Assembly (NCBI GenBank): GCA_963664405.1
Contig: OY761158.1
Span: forward strand, 5,440,001 to 5,504,000
Direction: 5' to 3'
Source of the DNA: Thermoanaerobaculia bacterium
Lineage (GTDB): Bacteria > Acidobacteriota > Thermoanaerobaculia > Multivoradales > Multivoraceae
DNA: 64,000 nt
Position numbers and translations under genes: made by a program. The notes beneath the pieces are model-generated. The model did not search any database and had not been told where the DNA came from. It saw nothing but the letters and a program-made list of their open reading frames with translations. How positions within the stretch are numbered: the stretch's first letter is position 1; every line of letters begins with the position of its first letter. Shown here in pieces: positions 49,826-59,641 of the stretch.

Positions 49826-51097
49826 ATGCAGAGGGCCAGAAAGAAACGCGAGGCGGGGATTGTTTTCATCCTCATCACGCTCTTCATCGACATTCTCGGG
49901 CTGGGGATCATCATCCCCATCTTGCCCGAACTGATCAAAGAATTCGTCGGCGGGACTACGGCAACCGCCGGAATCTACTACGGCGTCATTGCGTCGGTCT
50001 ACGCTCTGATGCAGTTCTTCTTCGCGCCGATTCTCGGGGGGCTGTCCGACCGATTCGGGCGCCGGCCGGTGATCTTGTTCTCTCTCTTCGGTCTGGGCGT
50101 CGACTACCTGATCCAGGGCTTCGCTCCGACCCTTGGCTGGCTCTTTGTCGGCCGCATCGTGGCCGGCATCATGGGTGCGAGCTTCACGACGGCGAACGCC
50201 TATATCGCCGATATCTCGACGGCGGAGACGCGCGCCCAGAACTATGGTCTTGTCGGTGTTGCCTTTGGCCTCGGTTTTATTTTCGGTCCGGCGTTGGGAG
50301 GGTTGCTCGGCGGCATCAATCTTCGCTTGCCGTTCTTCGTTGCGGCGCTGCTGGCCTTCATCAACTGGCTCTATGGCTTTTTCGTCCTGCCCGAGTCTCT
50401 CGCGGAGGAGAACCGTAGCTCGTTCTCGCTACGGAAGGCGAACCCGCTTGGAAGTATCGGCTTGCTGCGGTCTTATCCGCTGGTTGCCGGGCTCGCCGTC
50501 GCCTTTCTCTTTCTTGCCCTGGCTCAGCGGGGTCTCGAGAATGTGTGGGTGCTCTACACCGGCCATCGCTTCGGTTGGGATGAGCAGACCAACGGGTTGA
50601 CCCTTGCTCTGGTGGGTTTGATGGCGGCCATCGTGCAGGGAGGGTTGATCCGTCCGACCGTCCGGCGTCTCGGCGAGAGACGCACCATTGTTCTGGGTTT
50701 GTCGATCGCCTGCTTCAGCTTTCTCTGTTACGGGCTCGCCTACCAGGGCTGGATGTTGCTCGGAACGATCGTCTTCGGATCGCTGGGAGGTCTTGCCGGT
50801 CCTTCGATCCAAGGCTTGGTGGCGGGAGCGGTGAAGCCTTCTGAGCAGGGAAGGGTGCAGGGAGCGCTCACCTCTCTCATGAGTGCCACCAGTATCTTCG
50901 CGCCGTTGATCTTTACCACCGGCCTGTTCAGCTACTTCACTTCGGAGAGAGCGGCCTGGGAGCTTCCTGGCGCGCCGTTCTTTCTCGGTGCGCTGCTAAA
51001 CTGCATCGCCCTTCTGCTCTTGATCCGGCTGTTTCGGCGTCACCCTGAGGAGCTTGCCGCATCCGAGCCCGACGGCGAGAGAGCGTTAGCGGAATAA
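49826..51097 (+). CDS. TetA-like (DHA1) MFS transporter
   Basis: GGLSDRFGRRPV, AYIADIS, GFIFGPALGG. Confidence 0.9.
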   Translation: MQRARKKREAGIVFILITLFIDILGLGIIIPILPELIKEFVGGTTATAGIYYGVIASVYALMQFFFAPILGGLSDRFGRRPVILFSLFGLGVDYLIQGFAPTLGWLFVGRIVAGIMGASFTTANAYIADISTAETRAQNYGLVGVAFGLGFIFGPALGGLLGGINLRLPFFVAALLAFINWLYGFFVLPESLAEENRSSFSLRKANPLGSIGLLRSYPLVAGLAVAFLFLALAQRGLENVWVLYTGHRFGWDEQTNGLTLALVGLMAAIVQGGLIRPTVRRLGERRTIVLGLSIACFSFLCYGLAYQGWMLLGTIVFGSLGGLAGPSIQGLVAGAVKPSEQGRVQGALTSLMSATSIFAPLIFTTGLFSYFTSERAAWELPGAPFFLGALLNCIALLLLIRLFRRHPEELAASEPDGERALAE

Positions 51098-51151
51098 TAG
51101 TTGCGGGCGCGCCCTTGAATGTGGCAGGGCGGTCCGCCGCCTGATTGCACC

Positions 51152-53746
51152 ATGCTGTTAAAGCCCTCTCAGCCGAGCGTCTCCATTCGGGGGGGCCGTC
51201 GCTTCCCTTCTTTCCCGATTGGAGCCTGGTTACTCGTAATCTCGGCCGGGGCGGCACTAGCCCTCTCTGCTCAGCGGCTGCAGGAGCAGGGGCCGGTGAC
51301 TGACGAGCAGGTCGAGGTCGAAGAGGCGACTTTGGTCAAGCCTGTGCCTCTCAGCGACGAGCACCGCGATTGGCTGGAGAGTGTGAGCGGCTTCATCAGC
51401 CGCGCAGAGCGCGAGTTCTTTCTCGCCATCCAACAGGACTACCGCCGCGATGCGTTCATCGCCGAGTTCTGGGATGTGCGCGACCCCGACCCCACGACGC
51501 GTCTGAACGAGCTCTATGTACGCTGGAAGGAGTACGTCGCGGAGGCGGCGATCTACTTTGGCTTCAACGACGGCCGGGCCGTCGCTTTCATCCTCAACGG
51601 TCCTCCAGGGCGTTTTCGGCTCGCCGACGGACGCGAGGTCGGGCGCTGCTACTCCCGGTCGAAAGAGCTCGAGATTTGGTTTTACGGCGCCAGCGAGAGG
51701 ACGGAGGAGAGCTTCCCGATAATTTTCTTGAAGCGGGGTAGCCGGCGCCCTTACTCGGCCTGGCTTCCCGGCGAAAATTTTCACGCGGTGCAGAGGAGCG
51801 GTGGCCTGCCATCGACCAACATTCGCGAGCTCTGCGCAGACGAGCTGTTGCCTGTCGCCCTCGCCTTCATCCGTCGCGACAACGGTTACGACCTTCTTCT
51901 CGACGAAGTGCTTTCTCCCCCCGAGCCGCCACTGGAGTGGTTGTCTACCTTCGCCGGTGACACCACCGACGTACCGCGAGGGGCGGAGACTTTCGCCGCT
52001 GACCTCGAGCTCGATTACCCGGGGCGCAACCAGAATCGAACTGCGCTCCAGGCAGTGATTGCTGTCTCTCGCTCGGAGGCCGTCGCGCGCGACTTCGACG
52101 GCGAGCTACGCCACCACTTCGTCGTGGTGGGCGAAGTGGTCCGGGATGGCTCGCTATTCGAGACCTTTCGTTATCGCTACGAGCTTGCGGTTGCCGAAGA
52201 GGTGGACCTCATCCCGCTGGTCTTTACGCGATATCTGAGGAGCGGCCCTGTCAGCCTCAACCTTCGAGTCGAAGACGTATACGGCGGGCGTTTCGCACGG
52301 CTTAGTGAAGAGGTCGACATTCCGACCGCTGAAGGGCTCGCCTCGATTCGCCGCCGTCCGGACTCGGGAGTCTTCAAGCTCCTGGCGGAGGCCGCGGAAG
52401 CGGCTGCTCGCGGCGAGCGCACGCTCAGGCTGGTGCCGCCGGAGGAGGGCAGCATCCAGGTCGGAATGACCCGGTTCGAGACCCGTGCCGTTGGCGACTT
52501 CGATCAGGTCACCTTCTTTCTCAACGAGAAACCGATCCTCACCAAGAGACGGCCTCCCTACAGCGTCGAGCTCAACCTCGGAACCATCCCCGCCACTCAC
52601 CAGTTACGCGCGGTCGGCTTCGAAGCGGGGTCTGAGGTCGCCATGGATGAATTGCGCATCAACCAGGGCGGCCAGCGTTTTCGGGTCCACATAACCGAGC
52701 CACGGGGCGACCTGAGCTACGAGCAAAGCGTGACGACAGTGGTGCAGGTCGACACGCCCGATCAGCTGCCGATCGAGAGGCTCGAGATCTTCCTCGACGA
52801 AGAGCGCGTCGCGACTCTCTACCAACCCCCCTTCGTTCAAAGTCTGCTTCTGCCCGGGCCCCAGCTCGCCTACGTCAGGGCTGTCGCTTATCTCGAGGAC
52901 GGCAGCTCGACAGAAGACGTCCAGTTCATCAACGCGCCGGACTACATGGAAGAGATCGAAGTGCAGTATGTCGAGCTGCATACTCTGGTTGTCGATCATG
53001 CCGGTCGCCCGATTCTCGATCTCGAAGAGAGCTCCTTTCGTGCCTTCGAAGATGGGCAGGAACAGACCATCAGGCGCTTCGAGTACGTACGAAACCTGCC
53101 GATCCATGCCGGACTGCTCCTCGACACCTCCGCTTCTATGAAAGAGAGTCTCGGCACGGTTTCCGACGCTGCGCTCTCTTTCACCCGTGCCGCGATCGAG
53201 GAGAAGGACCGTATCTGCGTCATCTCGTTTGCTAGTCAGCCGGAGATCGCGGTTCGTTTCACCAACCAGACTACTGAAGTCGAGCGCGCGCTGGCGGGTC
53301 TCGAGGCACGAGGAAGCACCGCGCTTTACGACAGCCTGGTCTACGCACTGACGTATTTTGACGGCGTCCGCGGGCAGAAGGCCCTGCTGCTGCTTTCCGA
53401 CGGCAAAGACGAAGCCAGCTCTTTCACCTTCGAGCAGGCGGTCGAGGTCGCTCGTAGATCCGGCGTGATCGTCTATGCGATCGGTCTTCGCGAGGCATTC
53501 AAGGAGAAGGCGAATCGCAAGGTTCTGCAGCGAATCTCACGGGAGACCGGGGGCGAGGCGTACTTTCTCGGAAGTCTGGAGGAGCTTCCCGAGGTCTACG
53601 CCACGATTCAGAAAGAGCTCCGCTCGCGGTACCTCCTGACCTACCAGTCCACCAGCAGCAAGGACCCCTCCGAGTTCCGGGGGGTGCGGGTCGAAGTCGA
53701 CGTCAAGGGTGCCGAAGCCAGGAGCATGAGCGGCTACTACCCCTGA
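51152..53746 (+). CDS. GWxTD-like/Ig-like/VWA domain protein
   Basis: FWDVRDPDPTTRLNE; DTSASM MIDAS, TALYD, LSDGKD. Confidence 0.8.
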   Translation: MLLKPSQPSVSIRGGRRFPSFPIGAWLLVISAGAALALSAQRLQEQGPVTDEQVEVEEATLVKPVPLSDEHRDWLESVSGFISRAEREFFLAIQQDYRRDAFIAEFWDVRDPDPTTRLNELYVRWKEYVAEAAIYFGFNDGRAVAFILNGPPGRFRLADGREVGRCYSRSKELEIWFYGASERTEESFPIIFLKRGSRRPYSAWLPGENFHAVQRSGGLPSTNIRELCADELLPVALAFIRRDNGYDLLLDEVLSPPEPPLEWLSTFAGDTTDVPRGAETFAADLELDYPGRNQNRTALQAVIAVSRSEAVARDFDGELRHHFVVVGEVVRDGSLFETFRYRYELAVAEEVDLIPLVFTRYLRSGPVSLNLRVEDVYGGRFARLSEEVDIPTAEGLASIRRRPDSGVFKLLAEAAEAAARGERTLRLVPPEEGSIQVGMTRFETRAVGDFDQVTFFLNEKPILTKRRPPYSVELNLGTIPATHQLRAVGFEAGSEVAMDELRINQGGQRFRVHITEPRGDLSYEQSVTTVVQVDTPDQLPIERLEIFLDEERVATLYQPPFVQSLLLPGPQLAYVRAVAYLEDGSSTEDVQFINAPDYMEEIEVQYVELHTLVVDHAGRPILDLEESSFRAFEDGQEQTIRRFEYVRNLPIHAGLLLDTSASMKESLGTVSDAALSFTRAAIEEKDRICVISFASQPEIAVRFTNQTTEVERALAGLEARGSTALYDSLVYALTYFDGVRGQKALLLLSDGKDEASSFTFEQAVEVARRSGVIVYAIGLREAFKEKANRKVLQRISRETGGEAYFLGSLEELPEVYATIQKELRSRYLLTYQSTSSKDPSEFRGVRVEVDVKGAEARSMSGYYP

Positions 53747-54031
53747 CCGGCCACGGGCTCGTAGCTGGGGCCTCAGCGCTGCTGCGGTAGCGGCAGATCG
53801 ACAGTGGGTACGGGCGGTATAGACTGCGGGGTATCGGTTGTCCAGGTTGGAAATCAAAGGGACTAGACCAGCGTTTCCAAAATTCGTGTGCAATAGCTCG
53901 AGGTCATTCTGTTCGCTGGCCAGGCGCGCCGACGCAGGCATATTGGGCAATATGTCGAGGAGGCGAAACGCCGCCAGCGGACAGAAGGGGCCGAGATATG
54001 TGCGCGAACTTTGGAAACGCTGGTCTAGTGT

Positions 54032-54946
54032 ATGAAAGAGATGATGGGTTACGTGACACTCACTTTGCTCGCGGTACCTGGATTCGCCGTCGATGCTGTC
54101 GATGTGTGGGACGAGGTCGACCATCATTGGGCGAAGAATGGTGACCTCAAGATTCACTACACGACCCTCGGCGAAGGGAAGCCGGTGCTCTTCATTCACG
54201 GCTTTCCCGATATCTGGTACTCGTGGCGACATCAGATGGCGACGTTGTCGGGCGATTTCCAGACCGCCGCCATGGATCTTCGCGGCTATAACCAGAGTAG
54301 CCAGCCGGAAGGGGTCGAGAACTACCAGATGTCCAAGATCCTCACCGATGTCGAGGCCGTGATCGACGATCTGGGGGCGGACAAGGTGACCCTCGTCGGT
54401 CACGACTGGGGTGGTGCTATCGCCTGGCAGTTCGCGATAGAGAACCCAGAGCGGATCGAGCACCTGGTGATCCTCAACCTCACCCACCCTAGGGGCTATT
54501 CGAGCGTCGTTGCCAATCCGAGCCCCGAGCAGAAACAGAATGTCGAGTATGCGCGTCGCTTCGCTTCGTCACCACCGGATGGCAGCCCTATTCCTGCCGG
54601 TATCCTCGCCATTGGCGAGCGAAGTGGGGGACCGGTGGTCGGCGCTCACTATCGAGAGGCTCTGGGGCGATCCTCTTATGACGCCATGCTGAACTACTAC
54701 CGGGCGAACTATGGGCGACTCGCCGACGGCAAGTCGGACGAGCTACCCAATCTCCAGATGCCGGTTCTTCAGTTCCATGGCCTCAAAGACAAGGCGGTTG
54801 ATAAAGACGGCCTCAAGGATACCTGGGACTGGGTGGACAAGGACTACACCCTGGTGACGGTTCCGAGCTCAGGGCATTTCGTGCAATGGGAGGCCTCCGA
54901 GCTGGTTTCGGAGACGCTGCGACTGTGGCTGCTGGCGCGGCAGTAG
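54032..54946 (+). CDS. Epoxide hydrolase-like alpha/beta hydrolase
   Basis: HGFP, GHDWGG, GHFVQ. Confidence 0.88.
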   Translation: MKEMMGYVTLTLLAVPGFAVDAVDVWDEVDHHWAKNGDLKIHYTTLGEGKPVLFIHGFPDIWYSWRHQMATLSGDFQTAAMDLRGYNQSSQPEGVENYQMSKILTDVEAVIDDLGADKVTLVGHDWGGAIAWQFAIENPERIEHLVILNLTHPRGYSSVVANPSPEQKQNVEYARRFASSPPDGSPIPAGILAIGERSGGPVVGAHYREALGRSSYDAMLNYYRANYGRLADGKSDELPNLQMPVLQFHGLKDKAVDKDGLKDTWDWVDKDYTLVTVPSSGHFVQWEASELVSETLRLWLLARQ

Positions 54947-54958
54947 GAGAGACACGAC

Positions 54959-56167
54959 TTGGACTTCAGCGACACTCCTGACGAGGCTAGGTTCCGCAGT
55001 CTTGCAAGGACGTGGTTGGAGGCGAACGCGCCCGCGTTCTCTGGCAGTTATTCGACGCAAGAGGAGGGGTTAGCGCGGGCCAAGGCCTGGCAGGCAGCAA
55101 AGGCTGTCGCCGGCTGGGCCTCGGTCACCTGGCCGGAGGCGTACGGGGGCCGCGGTTGCGCGCCGATGGAAGGCCTGATCTTCGAACAGGAACAGGCGCG
55201 TTTCGCCCTCCCTCAGGGCTTCGTCGTCACCGGTCCACACACCTGTGCCGGAGCGCTGCTCGCCTGTGGTAGCGAGGAGCAGAAACGCCGTCACCTTCCG
55301 CGGATCGCGAATGCGGAAGAAGTGTGGTGCCAGCTCTTTTCCGAGCCCGGCGCCGGCTCGGATCTCGCCGGGATTCGGACCCGCGCTGAGCGTGACGGAG
55401 ATGAATGGGTGGTGAATGGTCAAAAGGTGTGGAACTCGGAGGCTCACTATTCGGACCACGCGATCCTGGTTGCTCGCTCCGACCCGGATGTTGCCAAGCA
55501 CAAAGGTCTAACGTTCTTTATTGTCGACATGCTTTCGCCGGGCATCGACGTCCGGCCAATTCGGCAGATTCCGGGAACCGCGGAGTTCAACGAGGTCTTC
55601 CTGCAGAACGTGCGTATCCCCGACTCCAACCGTGTCGGTGAGGTGGGTGCCGGGTGGCAGGTGGCGGTGACCACCTTGATGAACGAGCGCTTCGGAGGGT
55701 TTTCCACACCGCCGGACGTAGCTGAGCTCTTGGCGCTCGCGAAGCAGCTGGATCTCGAGAGTGGCAGTGCATCCGCTATAGGGGCGGTCCGCGACCGTCT
55801 GGCCGATTGGTATGTCGAGTCTGAAGGTGTACGCCTAACGCAGGCTCGTCTTCTCACCGCTCTTTCGCGGGGCAAGGTGCCAGGGCCGGAGGCGTCGATC
55901 TCGAAGGTGGTGAAGGCCTCGCTGCGTCAGGAGCTTTCGTCCTTTGGCGCCGATCTGCAGGAGATGGCGGGCGTCCTGGTGGCAGAGGGCGGTGCGGCGG
56001 CAGAAGGAGTGTTTCAGCTCGGCTACCTGGGCGCCCCGGGGTCACGCATCGCCGCCGGAACCGACGAGATTCTGCGTAACATCATTGCCGAGCGCGTACT
56101 GGGGCTGCCGGGTGATATCCGGCTCGACCGTGACGTCCCGTTCACCGACATTCCGAGCGGAAGCTGA
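54959..56167 (+). CDS. Acyl-CoA dehydrogenase
   Basis: WCQLFSEPGAGSDLA, NGQKVW, GTDEILRN. Confidence 0.92.
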   Translation: MDFSDTPDEARFRSLARTWLEANAPAFSGSYSTQEEGLARAKAWQAAKAVAGWASVTWPEAYGGRGCAPMEGLIFEQEQARFALPQGFVVTGPHTCAGALLACGSEEQKRRHLPRIANAEEVWCQLFSEPGAGSDLAGIRTRAERDGDEWVVNGQKVWNSEAHYSDHAILVARSDPDVAKHKGLTFFIVDMLSPGIDVRPIRQIPGTAEFNEVFLQNVRIPDSNRVGEVGAGWQVAVTTLMNERFGGFSTPPDVAELLALAKQLDLESGSASAIGAVRDRLADWYVESEGVRLTQARLLTALSRGKVPGPEASISKVVKASLRQELSSFGADLQEMAGVLVAEGGAAAEGVFQLGYLGAPGSRIAAGTDEILRNIIAERVLGLPGDIRLDRDVPFTDIPSGS

Positions 56168-56176
56168 TTCTCTCAG

Positions 56177-56415
56177 TCAAGCCGCTACATCTTCTTCGTC
56201 TCCGTCGGCGCTCAGCTGCCGCCTATGAAGGCGATAGAGAGCCGCGTAGGCTCCTCCCGTTTCCATCAGCTCAGAGTGGGTCCCGGTCTCGAGGACTCGG
56301 CCATCGTCCATGACCACGATCCTGTCGGCGATTCCGATGGTAGAGAAGCGATGGGAGATCAGCAGCGTTGTGCGCCCTCGTGAGAGGTCGCGAAAGCGGT
56401 CTAGTGCGATAGCAG
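56177..56415 (-). pseudogene. C-terminal remnant of an ABC transporter ATPase
   Basis: [38 protein letters not shown]; no Walker A. Confidence 0.7.
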
Positions 56416-56424
56416 CCGGGAGAT

Positions 56425-57545
56425 TCAGCCGACGAGCAGTCTTCGAGTGTTGGACATCGTATTCTGGCGCCCGACAACGGTGACGATGTCGCCGTGGCAT
56501 AGCACGGTGCTCCCCCGTACGACGTGTTGCTCGTTGCCGCGGCGGAGAGAAACGATCAGACAGTCGTCGGGTAGCGCCAGCTCGCGGACGGAGCGGCCGA
56601 CGGCCGGCGAGTCCCGGCGACTACGGACCTGGTTGAGACTCAGCTCCTCGACCTGACCCAATCCCAGGATCTCGGCGCGCTGCAGTTCCTGGCCGCGCCG
56701 AGACAGGGCGTGGTTGTAGGCGCGCACCACGTCGTTGCGTCGGACGATACCGATCGGGACTTTCGATCCCTGCTCCACCACAGGAATCCGATTCACGTCG
56801 CGGAGGCCGAGACGGCGCAGCGCCGTGCCGATCGACTCCTCGGGACGGGCCACGAGGATGTCGCCCAGGGTGGCGATGCCGGCCACGGTGACGCCTTCGA
56901 TCTGCGAAGCAGCGACGGCCCGGTCAAGATCCGAGATGCTGACCATTCCCTCGAGCTCTCCGTCGTCGTTCACAATCGCGAAGGACTGGATCCGGGTGCG
57001 GGCGAACTCCTCGGCCAGATCAGCGACAGGCATGGAAGCCGAGACGGTCGAGAAGTCGGTCGTCATGATCTCGCCTACCGAGACGGTCTGCAACACGTCG
57101 ACATCGCGCCCCTTTTCCAGCCGGACGCCGCGGCGGCTGAGCTTGAGAGTGTAGATCGAATCGCTACTGAGCACCGTCGAAAGCAAGGTGCTGGTGACGG
57201 TCGCCAACATGAGCGGCAGGATGATGCGGTATCGCCGGTCATTTCAAAGAGGATCAGGATCGCCGTGACCGGTGCGTGGGCCGCGTCGCTGAAGAAGGCC
57301 GCCATGCCGACGAGTGCGTAGGCACCCGATGGACCTGCGATGGAGGGGAAGAAGTTGTTGACGAGATCGCCGAAGGTCGCACCCAGCATCGAGCCCATGA
57401 AGAGCGAGGGCGCGAAGACACCGCCTGAGCCCCCCGAGCCCAGGGTGATCGAGGTGGCGAGCATCTTGAGTACGAGAAGGGTCAGGGTCACCTGAATCGT
57501 CAGTTTCCCGAGCAGTGCATCCGAGATCGATTCGTAGCCGACGCA
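56425..57545 (-). pseudogene. 5'-truncated, frameshifted ClC chloride channel with CBS and TrkA-C domains
   Basis: GSGGSGGVFAPSL, EMTGD, CBS pair; shift near 57230; N-terminal half absent. Confidence 0.8.
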
Positions 57546-57552
57546 CTACTCT

Positions 57553-57936
57553 CTAAGTGACTGCCCTCACCAAGCCGATGATCGCGCCGATCAAGAGCAC
57601 ATAACTCGGGGGCGCGGACAGGATCGCGCCCAGAGCGCGCTTGTCAGCGGCAGCGCGATAACCAAAAAAGTAGACGATCCGCCCGACGACGAAGATGACA
57701 CCGATTCCGGCCGCCCAGGACTGGCTGACGTAGCGGGCGAATCCGTAGATCGACGGGATGAAGACGATGAGCTGCTCCAGCGTGTTGACGTGGATCCGAT
57801 AGAGCCGCTCCCACTCCGGGTGCCCGGTCGTCGCGGGGGCCGCCACGCCGTACTTACTTCTGGTGCCACCCACAAAGGCTCCGAACACGACGTACTCCAC
57901 CAGCGCAACAAACACGACCAGATGCACATAGTCCAA
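57553..57936 (-). CDS. MAPEG family protein
   Basis: APATTGHPEWERLYRIHVNTLEQ. Confidence 0.88.
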   Translation of the reverse strand: MDYVHLVVFVALVEYVVFGAFVGGTRSKYGVAAPATTGHPEWERLYRIHVNTLEQLIVFIPSIYGFARYVSQSWAAGIGVIFVVGRIVYFFGYRAAADKRALGAILSAPPSYVLLIGAIIGLVRAVT

Positions 57937-58087
57937 AGCTCATCCTCCAAAGTCGCCGCGAGGCGTCCCGACGAACGTGGCGGGACCGACCCGGCGAGTG
58001 GGGACAGATTACACCGAACCGGTTGTTCACGACACGAGCCCCTTCGATCAAGCCAACGCTCCCGGGGCTTATCGGGATTCAACTAAT

Positions 58088-58159
58088 TTGCGAGTACTGT
58101 TCTTCCGCCGAAGGCAGGAAACGCAGATGGAAGAGGAGCTGCGCTTCCATTTAGAATAA
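58088..58159 (+). pseudogene. N-terminal remnant of an ADOP-type permease
   Basis: LRVLFFRRRQETQMEEELRFHLE*. Confidence 0.55.
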
Positions 58160-58218
58160 GAGACGGATCTTCTCCGCGAGGCGGGGCTGCGCCCCCGACT
58201 AGGTTTCGATATCGCGAA

Positions 58219-59559
58219 TCAGGATACGGGCGCCTCCGGCGGGAGAGATCTCGACCGTCGCACGAGCCACACTACAAAGATGGTGTTCCCAACCACCGAG
58301 AGCAGATAGCTGCCGAGAGTCGCCCACACCGCACCTTCGATCCCGTAGACAGGGATCAACCACCGGTTACCGACGACATTGAGTCCCCCGACCAGGAGGG
58401 TGAGGCCGGAGGCTCGTTTGAAGAAGCCTCGGCCGATCCACTGCGATGCCATCAAATTGGTGAAGGTCATGGCGACGACACTTGCCACCAGCAGCCGGAA
58501 AACGGGCACCGCGGGGCCGAAGTCGTCACCGGCGACCACTCTGATCCCCCAGGGCGCAAGGAGCGCAGCAAGCGCGGCGAGGGCGGCCATCGTCGGTAGA
58601 AGGATGGCGAGCAGCCGCAGCTGGGCGGGCCAGGCGGCATCGGCGCCCAGGCGTGTGACTCGGGAGTAAGACACTTGAGCGCCGCCGAAGGGAAGGACCA
58701 TGAGCACCATCAGGAGCTGCGCCGCGAGCTGATAGAAGGCGGCCTGGCTCGCACCGAGATAGTAGGTGATCATCAAGATGTCGATCCCGGTCAGGAGAAA
58801 GGGGCCCAGGACGTTGGCGTGGAGCTTGACTCCGTCTCGTGCAAGCCCGCTGAGCGTGCTCATGTCGAAAGTGGGACGAGCACTGCGCCATAGTCCGCGG
58901 ATGCCGAAGAGAGAGGTGATCGCCTGCGCTACAGCCGCGGCGACGAGTGCGCCGACGACTCCCAGGTCCAAAATGACGACCAGGAGGACAATGCCGACCA
59001 GACCGGCACTTCGGCCCAGGATCTGTCCCCAGTTGTAGGTGCGGAGCCGATCGGTGGCGATGAGTAAGGAGCTTGCGTACTGCTCCCAGAACAGGAAGGG
59101 CAGGAGGAGGCCGCCACAGGCAAGCAGTGCGAACGGTATGGGGTCGAAAAGAGCCCCGCCGCTGGCGCTGTAGAGGACGGTGGCGGTCACCGCGCCCACG
59201 GCAGTGAGGGCAGCGGTCGCGGCGAGAAGCGAGCCGAAGGTCGGAGCGAGCCAAGAAGTACTCTGGCTCGTCGCTGCTCGATGCATCGCGACCTGGCCCA
59301 TGCTGAGGTGCCCGAAGTTAGCGAAGAGGTTCATCCAAGTGACGACGGCTACAAAAGCGCCACGGCCTTCCGGTCCCAGCCAGCGAGTGGAGATGGCGAG
59401 CACCCCGAACTGCGCCACCAGTGCGTAGAGGCGTGCTCCGCTGCTGTGGGCGAGGATCCCCCAGAGGCTGGTGAGGGACGCAGGGGAGGATGGCGATGGC
59501 GGCAACGAGGTGTCGGGGCTGCGCGGCCTCGGACTCTTCACCTGATCACTTGGGTGCAT
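58219..59559 (-). CDS. Polysaccharide flippase (Wzx/MATE-like)
   Basis: Multi-TM; RWLGPEGRG, LIPVYGIEGA; start uncertain. Confidence 0.8.
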   Translation of the reverse strand: MHPSDQVKSPRPRSPDTSLPPSPSSPASLTSLWGILAHSSGARLYALVAQFGVLAISTRWLGPEGRGAFVAVVTWMNLFANFGHLSMGQVAMHRAATSQSTSWLAPTFGSLLAATAALTAVGAVTATVLYSASGGALFDPIPFALLACGGLLLPFLFWEQYASSLLIATDRLRTYNWGQILGRSAGLVGIVLLVVILDLGVVGALVAAAVAQAITSLFGIRGLWRSARPTFDMSTLSGLARDGVKLHANVLGPFLLTGIDILMITYYLGASQAAFYQLAAQLLMVLMVLPFGGAQVSYSRVTRLGADAAWPAQLRLLAILLPTMAALAALAALLAPWGIRVVAGDDFGPAVPVFRLLVASVVAMTFTNLMASQWIGRGFFKRASGLTLLVGGLNVVGNRWLIPVYGIEGAVWATLGSYLLSVVGNTIFVVWLVRRSRSLPPEAPVS

Positions 59560-59641
59560 ATCGCTGCGTTGCCACCGGCAAGGTATCACGGCTTCCGGCG
59601 GCCATCCTCGGCCGCGCTGCGCGTGAAAAGATCTCGCCGCC

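Noticed and set aside
49826-51097. Acquired tetracycline resistance gene
   Set aside because: Generic TetA-like MFS with no tetR and not inside a mobile element; substrate cannot be inferred.
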